This document shows, in pieces, positions 32,402 through 41,707 of a DNA stretch of 64,000 bases. Position numbers and translations under genes: made by a program. The stretch comes from an uncultured virus (IMG/VR IMGVR_UViG_3300024343_000011) (Duplodnaviria; Heunggongvirae; Uroviricota; Caudoviricetes; Crassvirales): the IMG/VR virus record IMGVR_UViG_3300024343_000011; one strand, written 5' to 3'. Within the stretch, counting starts at the first letter, position 1. Each line of letters opens with the position of its first letter. The notes under the pieces were generated by a model, which saw only the letters and a program-made list of their open reading frames with translations, had not been told where the DNA came from and ran no database searches.

Positions 32402-35400
32402 TGCAAATAACAAGGTCGCTGGTATCCGGCATAATGAATAAGGACCTAGACGAGCGTCTAGTTCCAAACGGGCAGTATCGTAATGCTCTTAACATAACCG
32501 TAGGAACCTCTGAGGACGCCGGTGTTGGCGCTGTAGCTAACGAGCTAGGTAATACACAGGTGAGCGGACTAGCTGCCGCTGCGACTGCTTTTTCTGGAAG
32601 TGCATTCTCTTTGGCCGGGGCCAAGACGATTGGCTCTATAGCTGTCCCTGCCGAGTTCTTAATCTTCTGGTTTGTAAAGGCTGTTACGGGAAACATCATT
32701 GCATCTTACAATTCACAGACAGGCCTTACATCCATTATTGCAATGGACACTAGAGGCGGATCTAGCAATGTCTTAAACTTCAATTCTGAATACTTAATCA
32801 CTGGTGTAAATTACATTAGTGGTCTATTATTCTGGACAGACAATTTAAACCCACCTAGGAGGGTTGATACAAAGGCTTTCTACGCTTACAACAACTTCAC
32901 AGAGGAGAGTATAAACGTAATTGTAAAGCCACCACTGGCTGCACCTACATTGGTCTTTAGAAATGACTCTAACGCATCAAACAATATCAAGGACAAATTC
33001 TTGTACTTCGCTTACAGGTACAAGTACATGAACAACGAGTACTCTTCTTTCTCTCCGTTCTCTGTTGTTGGATTTGAACCAAGTGTATTTACATTTGACT
33101 ATGGGACTGGTGTAAACAAGTCAATGCAGAACACATACAACCTTATAGATATTTCTTTTTCTATTGGCGGGTCAAACATAAAAGAGATCCAGTTGTTATT
33201 CAAGGACGCAGCTAGTACTAATGTTAACGTAATTGAGAACTTGGTAAGGGCGGACTTGGTATTGAATAATATCCAAGGTGTTACATTTTCTGGAACCAAT
33301 GCTACATTCTCTGGATTTTCCAATAACAAAGTATATGGCGTATTGCCGTCAAACCAACTAACAAGACTATTTGACAACGTTCCATTAAAGGCAAAGGCTC
33401 AAGAGCTAATTGGCAGCCGAATTATCTACGGAAACTATACGCAGTTTTACAACATTGTATCCATAGCTGGAAAGGGAATTGTTCCGAATTACTCTGTAAG
33501 TGTTGTTAGCGAGAGTAAGCTTAATATAGGGTATGTTGTAAACACGCCGGTAAAGACGCTTCACTCTGACAGAGACTACGAGGTTGGCATATCTTATATG
33601 GACGACTACGGTAGAATGAGCACCGTATTGACATCGACTACAAACACAGCAAGTGTTTCATCGGCAAATTCAGATACAAGCAATTACTTAAAGGTTAATA
33701 TAATAAGCGAGGCTCCCGCATTTGCTACGAAGTATAGGATATTTGTAAAGCAAGCAAAGGGACAGTACTACACTATATTCCCCAACATTTTTTATACCGA
33801 GGGAATTTATACGTATTTTATGATCAACGAGTCTGACGTGGACAAGGTTCACGCCAACGACTACATAGTGTTTAAGGTTAATCCAAATGGAATTACGTAT
33901 AGCAATACAGAGTTTAAAGTCCTTGATGTAGTCGTAAAAGCAAAGGACTTTTTAAATAATAAAAAAGGACAGATATCTGGCGTATACATGAAGGTAAAGA
34001 CCGACGGAAATACTGCATTTTCTGCGACTAATCTAATTGTAAACAAAACAACAAGCAGAGGGGCTAACTCTGCAAAAGCTTCTTTGTATGGGGCAATTTT
34101 TCCATGCGCACTAAGCGATCCAGCCGCAATACCAATACTTAATACTCATTCTTTTACTGAAGACCCTGTTTTTTACGGGACTGGCACAAATGACTTGGCT
34201 GTTGTAAATAAATCAGAAAGCGTATCGGTAGATAGGCGTATAAGAATTGAAATTGATGGAAGAAACGCATCTGGTATAGATACCTTTAAAGTCTCAGTTC
34301 TTTCTACAGATGTTTCCGGAGCATCTCTCTTTCAAAATATTGCAATTACGGGAGCAAATCAAGTAATATCATCTGGTACAAAAACTTTATGCACAATCAG
34401 GTTTGCCAAAACAACTGGACATACAATTGGTGATTCTTGGAGAATAAATCAAAGATCTAGATGGGGAAATTCTTCTTCTAGAACTATTTTTGATGGCCCA
34501 CTATTGTTTTTAGGAGAATTAAATAATTTTGGTGGTGTTGCAATAGTCCCTAAAAATGTTACTACTATTAGTGGCGGAGCTGTTATTACTATTAAAATAA
34601 ACGAAACAAGAGTTGCCGGAGGAGAGGGCCAACCAGAACAGACTTTTATCTCGTCAAGAGATTATATAAATATTGAGGAGTGGTTTTTTGAGGATTCTAT
34701 ATACGAGCAGTTCTCAATGACCGCTAGGAATCAAAATCAAGGTGCACAGACAGTATTCTTTAGAAGGTGTAGCAATTATATAGACGTTCAAGCTGGAGGT
34801 CAATCTTGTAGCCAAGTAGAACAAACAGATAATGGCGACATTAGAATGTTCATTCGCGGGCATGCAGATGCAAATAGCGATGAATTTAAAAGTGGAAATA
34901 TTAGAACATGCCTTAGATCTATTCTTACTGTAGACTGTGTAATTACTCAAACAAAAAATAAGACCATAATTGAGACACAGCCAAAGAATACCGACATCGA
35001 CATATACCACGAGACAGAGACATTCGCGGTTACTAATGGGCTACACTCTGGAACAAATGGTCAAAACCAATCTAGAGATACAGCGGGAACCATCCGGAAA
35101 CCTGCAGTAGTAGACTTGGTGAATGTATACAATGCATACTGCTTTAGAAATGGTGTTGAGAGCGATCGTATTCGTGATGACTTTAATGGATCGTACATGC
35201 AGTACAGTCCACGTGTTTCTTCTACAATTGAGAATTATGAGCAGGAACGTGTTCCACACGGACTAACTTATAGTGGTGTGTTCAGACAGGACACGGGAAC
35301 AAACAGACTAAACGAGTTCAACCTATCTACTGCTAACTTTAAGTACGTTGACCGTTTCTTTGGAAGTATTCAAAAGCTATACGCTCGTGACACAAACTTG

Positions 35401-38307
35401 ATCGTATTCCAAGAGGATAAGATATCTACCGTGCTTTACGGAAAAAACTTACTAAGTGACTCTACCGGTGGTGGAGCTATCGCTAGCATACCAGAGGTAT
35501 TAGGAACGCAGATCTCCTTCGTTGGCGAGTACGGTATCAGTCTAAACCCAGAGAGCTTCGCTACATGGGGTAACGACATGTTCTTTACAGATGCAAGGCG
35601 TGGCGTTGTATTGACCATATCTGGAAATGACCTAGGAGAAATTTCTATCCAAGGGATGAAGGACTGGTTCAGAGACTTGTTTATTACCGGAACCAACAAA
35701 CAGAAGATCGGAGTTCTAGATCCGTACAGTCAGATGTACGTACTAACCTCAAACGATATTACATCTAACCCTTGTCAACTGTCTATATCTCCGCTATCTA
35801 TAACAACAGATAATGCGGCAAAAACTGTAAACATATTTGATATCCAGTCAAACTCAGGATGGGTGATCACCGGGATGCCGGTATGGATGACCGTGTCTCC
35901 ATCGAGTGGAACAGGAGATCAAGATATTATGGCAGACATAGCTGTAAATAATACACTGGTTACAAGAAGTGCAGTTCTTACAATTACCGCTTCATGTGGC
36001 AACGTGGTTACATTTACTGTAATTCAGACAGGAAAGCAACTTGTAAGAAGGGGGAGCGTAGTTATTGGCGGAAGCGGAGACAGTGGCACTGTCAGCACGC
36101 AGAAGTACAACTATAGCAGCTCTGGTACACTTGGATACGAGTTTACCGATACGTCCTTTACTCTGGCCCCGGTCAGCTTGTTTAATACCTTTGGAGCTCC
36201 TGGAGGAACCGATGGCGTTCCAAACCCCGGAGACACGGTGACATTGTTTGCTTATAACACCACTACTAGCCCATCTGGTATTCCAGCTACCCCATTCCTT
36301 CCGGGCCTTGGTAACAAGGCGTACTACTTGGTATCTAATACACAGTACACAGATCAAGACTCTGCGGCGATAATAGCTCTTGCGACTCCTGTCACAATGA
36401 CACTTGCTGGCTCTGAGTATAGCGGAACGTTCTCTTACTTAACACCGTCCAATGAGCAGTACTTGTACTTGCTTTGGGACTATAGGAATATTATAGCGTG
36501 CGGAGCTACGGCGTCTTACACTGGAACTGCATTGACATCTGAGACTACAGTTACAACTGGATCGGCAAATGGAAATGTCACATTTAACTATGACGCCCAG
36601 TCTACACCAGACCGTTTTGTTATTACATTGAATGGTGGCGTAGTTGCAGATAGCGGATATATTGGACTTAATAGTTCGGCTAACTACAATGCGCTAATCG
36701 CGGCTGGCGTTGCTGCTAGTGACATCAAGTTGGTTTCGCCATACGATGGCCTTGTAAATAATAGCACAGGCACGTTGAAATTTACAAAGACTCAAGCTGG
36801 TGACCCAATACTAACTGTTTACTCTCCACTATCATCAAATGGATGGAGTGTTGTTACTGCGTGTGCGAGTTTGAATACCGTAACAATCGACACCGCCAAT
36901 GGCACATTGGCTAATGTTTGTGCTCAGACGCCGGCCACTGTTAAGTATCATAACGGGCCTTCGGCTACTCCAACGGTTGGTGTTGTTGTTTACAACGAGT
37001 CCACCGGCACAACTGTTTATAACGGAGGAAATGCATATCACAAGTTTGGCACGTCTTACGCATTCATCACATCTTCTGGTGTTATTACAGAGGTTGGGTC
37101 TTGTATTTGCGCCGAGACGTTCTCTCCGATCGTTACAATGTCTGACATTGAGATTGGAATAGGTTCTTCGGTATCTATTAAGGTTGCAGCTACAAATAAT
37201 CCTACAAGCTACGGCTTAATTACTAACTGTACCAGTTTTACATTCTATGGAGGAACTGATGGAGCTGTGTTCTACGGATCAAACTGCGAGACCGGATACT
37301 ACGAAACATTCCCTGTATCTGCATATGAGACGAGCTCAAGGTGCTTTACGGCTGGAACAGTAACCAAGTTGTCTGGATCTGCTGACGCTACGCTAGAGGC
37401 TACCGGGTCTTGTGGTGAAACATCTTTACCATTTGGTATTACGTTCGATAGTACAAGTGGATTCTTGTCAGGAATTGCAGAGGGGCAGGGGCAGTACAAA
37501 GCTACCTTTAATGCTACAAACTGCTTTGGAACTGGACCGAATACTACTATTAACATCTCGTCTGTTCAGGTAGATGTTCCGGCAACTGCATTCCAAATTA
37601 ACGTAGACGATCAGGCTAGCGCCGCAGCTGCGTGTGCACTGGTTCCAGAAGTTTGGGTGACCCTTTACCATAACGGATACTATACGTACCCAATACTTGG
37701 TGATACGGTTTACATCCAGTCTAGGGGCGGGAATACTTTTGACGGAAATAACTTATGGTATGCTATCAATAATAATCAGGCAATTCAGATCAGCGATGAT
37801 GGGGTTGTCACTGCGGTATTCAACTGCGGCTCAACGCCTCCAACACCTCCGACACCTCCAGCCGGAAACTACTACACCGCTGTTCTATGTAATAGTACAT
37901 ACAGTGCCGTCCTTTACGATGCTGTAGCTCGTGTTGTTGCGCCTGGAACTAAGCTGAAGACCACTGACGGGAACTGCTGGACAGTAGGAGCCGCGGTAGC
38001 TGCAATAGCGACTAGCTTTAACATACCAACAACTATCGTTACATTCGCAAGCTGTGCAACGTGCACTGGCGTAGTGCCGGCCCTTACAGAGGTATTCTTG
38101 ACCGATGCTGGTACCAAGTCTGGTGTGTGTGCTTCTCCTAACTATTACTCTTACTGGACTAATGGAACGGTAGGGACTAGTGGAACCTTGTACATGAACT
38201 CGTCTGGAACTATCGTAGCACCTTCTGGGTACTACAAGAATCAGGCTGATCCAACAAATGCACACTACTGGAGCGGAACTGCTTGGACACTGACAGAAGC
38301 TTGCTAA
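32401..38307 (+). CDS. tail stabilisation/nozzle protein with C-terminal BACON, Ig-like and Cys-rich domains
   Basis: MNKDLDERLVPNGQYRNALN, LFWTDNLNPPR, NGVESDRIRDDFN, YGISLNPESFA, FTDARRG; BACON pattern at ~35773-36033. Confidence 0.7.
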   Translation: MQITRSLVSGIMNKDLDERLVPNGQYRNALNITVGTSEDAGVGAVANELGNTQVSGLAAAATAFSGSAFSLAGAKTIGSIAVPAEFLIFWFVKAVTGNIIASYNSQTGLTSIIAMDTRGGSSNVLNFNSEYLITGVNYISGLLFWTDNLNPPRRVDTKAFYAYNNFTEESINVIVKPPLAAPTLVFRNDSNASNNIKDKFLYFAYRYKYMNNEYSSFSPFSVVGFEPSVFTFDYGTGVNKSMQNTYNLIDISFSIGGSNIKEIQLLFKDAASTNVNVIENLVRADLVLNNIQGVTFSGTNATFSGFSNNKVYGVLPSNQLTRLFDNVPLKAKAQELIGSRIIYGNYTQFYNIVSIAGKGIVPNYSVSVVSESKLNIGYVVNTPVKTLHSDRDYEVGISYMDDYGRMSTVLTSTTNTASVSSANSDTSNYLKVNIISEAPAFATKYRIFVKQAKGQYYTIFPNIFYTEGIYTYFMINESDVDKVHANDYIVFKVNPNGITYSNTEFKVLDVVVKAKDFLNNKKGQISGVYMKVKTDGNTAFSATNLIVNKTTSRGANSAKASLYGAIFPCALSDPAAIPILNTHSFTEDPVFYGTGTNDLAVVNKSESVSVDRRIRIEIDGRNASGIDTFKVSVLSTDVSGASLFQNIAITGANQVISSGTKTLCTIRFAKTTGHTIGDSWRINQRSRWGNSSSRTIFDGPLLFLGELNNFGGVAIVPKNVTTISGGAVITIKINETRVAGGEGQPEQTFISSRDYINIEEWFFEDSIYEQFSMTARNQNQGAQTVFFRRCSNYIDVQAGGQSCSQVEQTDNGDIRMFIRGHADANSDEFKSGNIRTCLRSILTVDCVITQTKNKTIIETQPKNTDIDIYHETETFAVTNGLHSGTNGQNQSRDTAGTIRKPAVVDLVNVYNAYCFRNGVESDRIRDDFNGSYMQYSPRVSSTIENYEQERVPHGLTYSGVFRQDTGTNRLNEFNLSTANFKYVDRFFGSIQKLYARDTNLIVFQEDKISTVLYGKNLLSDSTGGGAIASIPEVLGTQISFVGEYGISLNPESFATWGNDMFFTDARRGVVLTISGNDLGEISIQGMKDWFRDLFITGTNKQKIGVLDPYSQMYVLTSNDITSNPCQLSISPLSITTDNAAKTVNIFDIQSNSGWVITGMPVWMTVSPSSGTGDQDIMADIAVNNTLVTRSAVLTITASCGNVVTFTVIQTGKQLVRRGSVVIGGSGDSGTVSTQKYNYSSSGTLGYEFTDTSFTLAPVSLFNTFGAPGGTDGVPNPGDTVTLFAYNTTTSPSGIPATPFLPGLGNKAYYLVSNTQYTDQDSAAIIALATPVTMTLAGSEYSGTFSYLTPSNEQYLYLLWDYRNIIACGATASYTGTALTSETTVTTGSANGNVTFNYDAQSTPDRFVITLNGGVVADSGYIGLNSSANYNALIAAGVAASDIKLVSPYDGLVNNSTGTLKFTKTQAGDPILTVYSPLSSNGWSVVTACASLNTVTIDTANGTLANVCAQTPATVKYHNGPSATPTVGVVVYNESTGTTVYNGGNAYHKFGTSYAFITSSGVITEVGSCICAETFSPIVTMSDIEIGIGSSVSIKVAATNNPTSYGLITNCTSFTFYGGTDGAVFYGSNCETGYYETFPVSAYETSSRCFTAGTVTKLSGSADATLEATGSCGETSLPFGITFDSTSGFLSGIAEGQGQYKATFNATNCFGTGPNTTINISSVQVDVPATAFQINVDDQASAAAACALVPEVWVTLYHNGYYTYPILGDTVYIQSRGGNTFDGNNLWYAINNNQAIQISDDGVVTAVFNCGSTPPTPPTPPAGNYYTAVLCNSTYSAVLYDAVARVVAPGTKLKTTDGNCWTVGAAVAAIATSFNIPTTIVTFASCATCTGVVPALTEVFLTDAGTKSGVCASPNYYSYWTNGTVGTSGTLYMNSSGTIVAPSGYYKNQADPTNAHYWSGTAWTLTEAC

Positions 38308-38324
38308 TATCGTAACTTTGCATA

Positions 38325-39119
38325 ATGGCTAATTATACTCTCACATACTCCCCAGCGCTTGAAGGGTGGACATCGTTCCACTCATATTTTCCAGAGTGGA
38401 TGGAACACATGAACAGCTTCATGTATACATTCAAAAACGGGGAGATGTGGAAACACAATACCAATGCAACTCGAAATAGGTGGTACAATGTAAATTATCC
38501 ATCTACTATTACCGTTATATTGAACGATGCTCCGGCAGAGACCAAGATGTTCAAAACCCTGTCTTACGACTCGGACCATAGGTGGTCTGCCTCTGTAATC
38601 ACCGACCTAAGCGCCGGATCGATGGCCAGTAGTTATTTCGAGGAGAAGGAGGGTGGTTACTTTACATACATTAGAAGGAATCCAAATACCATCGACCTCA
38701 AGGCTCTGTCTACGCAGGGTATCGGCAAGGTGGCTCTTGCTACGATCGCTCCCGGAACAGGTTATCTTAGCGTGTTCTTTGCGTTTGAGATACCAAACTC
38801 TATAAGCGTATTTGACCCGACAGTGTCACCGCCGAGTGGGGGTGACGTATTGTACGTTGTGGATGCAATTACCAGTGTCGTTAAGTTGATTGGAAATGTT
38901 GATGAGATTATCAATGATCCAAGTACCGGAAACAGGATAGTTGTCAAAATCCCAGCAAATACTGTAAATACTAACGACTTTGCATATGTCATTAAAAATG
39001 CAGTAGCCGAGTCTTACGGAGCTAGAGGTTACTACATGGAAACAACGCTCACAAACACTGACACAGAGGCTGTTGAATTATTTGCAATTTCTTCACAGAT
39101 ATTTAAAAGTTACCCATAA
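38325..39119 (+). CDS. tail protein, likely the separated C-terminal part of the nozzle family
   Basis: TLTYS...GWTSFHSY.PE, FKTL, FEEKEG, RGYYM. Confidence 0.55.
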   Translation: MANYTLTYSPALEGWTSFHSYFPEWMEHMNSFMYTFKNGEMWKHNTNATRNRWYNVNYPSTITVILNDAPAETKMFKTLSYDSDHRWSASVITDLSAGSMASSYFEEKEGGYFTYIRRNPNTIDLKALSTQGIGKVALATIAPGTGYLSVFFAFEIPNSISVFDPTVSPPSGGDVLYVVDAITSVVKLIGNVDEIINDPSTGNRIVVKIPANTVNTNDFAYVIKNAVAESYGARGYYMETTLTNTDTEAVELFAISSQIFKSYP

Positions 39120-39140
39120 CTTCGCTATCTTTGCGTAGCA

Positions 39141-39548
39141 ATGGGTTTTCAGGCAAGGTTTCTTACAGAGAACGATTACGACAACATCTTATGTGGATGG
39201 TGGTCTGATTGGAGATGGACGCCGCCTTCCAAAGACTTCTTGCCAGACAATGGCAATGGTGGAGTTATCGTATCAAAAGACGGTACCGACATCTGCGCTG
39301 GATATCTTTACTTTACCAACTCTAAAGCAGTGTGGGTAGAGTTTGTGGTGTCTAATATTAACTACAAGGACAAGGATAGGAAGCAAGCTATTATGTTCTT
39401 GGTTGATACATTGACTGAATATGCGAAACTAAACGGAGCGAAGTACGCTTATGTTTCTTTGAAGAGCCAGCCACTGATCAATAAGTTTATTGAGTGTGGC
39501 TTTCAACAGGGCAGCGTTGGTTGTACGGAGCTCATAAAAACATTATAA
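39141..39548 (+). CDS. GNAT-like protein
   Basis: ICAGYLY..NS..WVEFVVSN...FIECGF; precedes the ejection proteins. Confidence 0.5.
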   Translation: MGFQARFLTENDYDNILCGWWSDWRWTPPSKDFLPDNGNGGVIVSKDGTDICAGYLYFTNSKAVWVEFVVSNINYKDKDRKQAIMFLVDTLTEYAKLNGAKYAYVSLKSQPLINKFIECGFQQGSVGCTELIKTL

Positions 39549-39549
39549 A

Positions 39550-40293
39550 ATGCCGGCAGTAACATCAATCATAGCAGCAGCAGGAGCCGCAGCAAGCGCT
39601 GGACAGGCAGTTGCAGCAAACCAAAGAAGAAAGAAAGACGAGACAGCAGCTAAAGAGGCTGCATCGCGTCTTCGTGGTTTAACAGAGACCGACTACTCAG
39701 CTGGCCTTCAAGTCCCAACAATGGGATACGACTTGGCTCAGCAGGGAATCCAACAACAACAAGCGTCTGGAATACAGGCCTTGCAAGAGGCTGGAGCCGC
39801 TGGCGTTATTGGTGGTGTTCCATCAATGAACCAAGCTGCTAATGAAGCACAGCTTCAGTTATCTGCTGACCTTCAGCAAGCCGAATACAACAGAGACTTG
39901 TACCGTTCACAGAACAGGCAGGGAATCGAGGGCAGAAGAATGGAAAGAGAGTTTAACTTGGGAGATTCTGAATTGTATGGAGCTCAAATGTCTGCTCTTC
40001 AAAACAAGCAAATGGTAAACCAAGGTGTTGCGGGGGCGTTCTCTGGACTAACGTCGATGGGAGAGTCTATTGCAGCAAACCAAGATTTGTATAAGGAACA
40101 AAAATTGGCTGCAGATTTGAGCCAAATAAAGCCAATGGGTATAACGACTACCGCAAAGCAGGTAGTGCCAAAATCCCCTTATACTCCAGCTCCTGGGTTG
40201 TCATATCCAGCGGGAGTAATGGGTGGCTCTAGAAGAGTTAATCCGGCTAATATGAGAATGAATTCTGACGGAACTTTTAGCTTTATAGACTAA
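39550..40293 (+). CDS. putative internal virion/ejection protein
   Basis: A/G/Q-rich; podovirus synteny. Confidence 0.55.
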   Translation: MPAVTSIIAAAGAAASAGQAVAANQRRKKDETAAKEAASRLRGLTETDYSAGLQVPTMGYDLAQQGIQQQQASGIQALQEAGAAGVIGGVPSMNQAANEAQLQLSADLQQAEYNRDLYRSQNRQGIEGRRMEREFNLGDSELYGAQMSALQNKQMVNQGVAGAFSGLTSMGESIAANQDLYKEQKLAADLSQIKPMGITTTAKQVVPKSPYTPAPGLSYPAGVMGGSRRVNPANMRMNSDGTFSFID

Positions 40294-40295
40294 CC

Positions 40296-41705
40296 ATGGT
40301 AGAATACTTAGGTTATCAAGGAAGGGCCGAGGGTGTTGATTGGGCTGGAATAGCTGACAAGGCTATTACTGGATACAATACAATACAAAAAGATCGTGAC
40401 GAGCAGCGTGCTTCTCTCGAGAAGTCTGCAGACGATTTAGTTTCTGCGTCAAAGCAGTACAAGCCTGGTCAGTCAAATGTATTTAACGAGAAGATTTTAC
40501 AGGGTGCGGACCGTGTAAGGGCTAATACACTAGACCTTAAAAAGGAATTGATGGCTGGAAGGATTACACCTACCGAGTACAAGGCCCGTGTTGGAAAGAT
40601 GTCTGGTGACTGGAAGCTAGTAGGTGACTTTGCTAAGTCTTACAACGATATTATAACTAAGAACACAGAGTACTTGAACGATCCAAAGTCGTCAGCTCTT
40701 GGTGCGTACATGCTTGAAAAGCAGGCAGGTTTGTCAGACTTATCAGGTAAGAATTTTGTAGTAGACGAAAGTGGTTCAATAGTTTTATCTGATCCAAACT
40801 CCGGTATGGTTGTTGACTTTATGTCTATGCTAAACCCAGAGAATCAAACACCAGAGAAGGTGGACCTGCTTGGCCAAGTTGCTGGCTTTACGAAAAACTT
40901 AGGCGCTGTTACTGGATACGATAAAGGTTTCTGGACTAAGTCTGCTCAGTTGAACCCTGCATACACAAAGGCAAAGGAAAACTTCTCAGCCTCATTATTA
41001 AAGAATCCAAGGTCAGCTGCAAGTATATTGTCTGACTATGTTGGAGATTACGAGTTCTACGAGACCGAGCAGCAGAAGAAGAATATCCCTGCAGGCAAGG
41101 GCATTCAGTTGGTCATGGGGCCAAATGGTATTGCTACGCCTAAGCTCACCCCAGAGCAACTAAAGGCCGCTCAAGCTGTAATCGAAAGACAGGTAGATGC
41201 AGAAGTAGAAAAGCTCAGAGAACAGCCAGAGCCTATCAAAGCAGCTAGTGGTAGCGGTGGAGATGGAGGAAGTGGAGGCGCTAAAGCTCCTAATTTAATA
41301 ATGGATTATGCATCTTTTGCTGCAGAAGATCCAGTTTTTGCAAATGCTATATTAAAGTCTAGAGCGCTCCCTGGAGAGCCGAACTCTTTTGTAGAAAAAG
41401 TAGAACGGGGCAGTGATGGTAAATACAGGTTTTATACGTACGGTTACTCAGAGCCAACCGAAAAAGAGAAGGCAAAAGGAGAGCGTCCAAAACCAAGTAA
41501 GGCTGTTGTTACTAGAGTTGTAAATGCATCGCAAGTTAGAAGTGTCTTTGCAGACATACTAGCAAAATCACAGTCTGTAGACAAGAACGAGGCATGGAAC
41601 CAAGGGATATTACCACAGGACTACAATCAAAGTTATGTTAGAGGGGGTCAATCTTACAGGCCTAATACAAGTACAACTCAAAAGAAAAAATTACCAGGAA
41701 CATAA
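40296..41705 (+). CDS. putative internal virion/ejection protein
   Basis: 469 aa; podovirus synteny. Confidence 0.55.
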   Translation: MVEYLGYQGRAEGVDWAGIADKAITGYNTIQKDRDEQRASLEKSADDLVSASKQYKPGQSNVFNEKILQGADRVRANTLDLKKELMAGRITPTEYKARVGKMSGDWKLVGDFAKSYNDIITKNTEYLNDPKSSALGAYMLEKQAGLSDLSGKNFVVDESGSIVLSDPNSGMVVDFMSMLNPENQTPEKVDLLGQVAGFTKNLGAVTGYDKGFWTKSAQLNPAYTKAKENFSASLLKNPRSAASILSDYVGDYEFYETEQQKKNIPAGKGIQLVMGPNGIATPKLTPEQLKAAQAVIERQVDAEVEKLREQPEPIKAASGSGGDGGSGGAKAPNLIMDYASFAAEDPVFANAILKSRALPGEPNSFVEKVERGSDGKYRFYTYGYSEPTEKEKAKGERPKPSKAVVTRVVNASQVRSVFADILAKSQSVDKNEAWNQGILPQDYNQSYVRGGQSYRPNTSTTQKKKLPGT

Positions 41706-41707
41706 AT

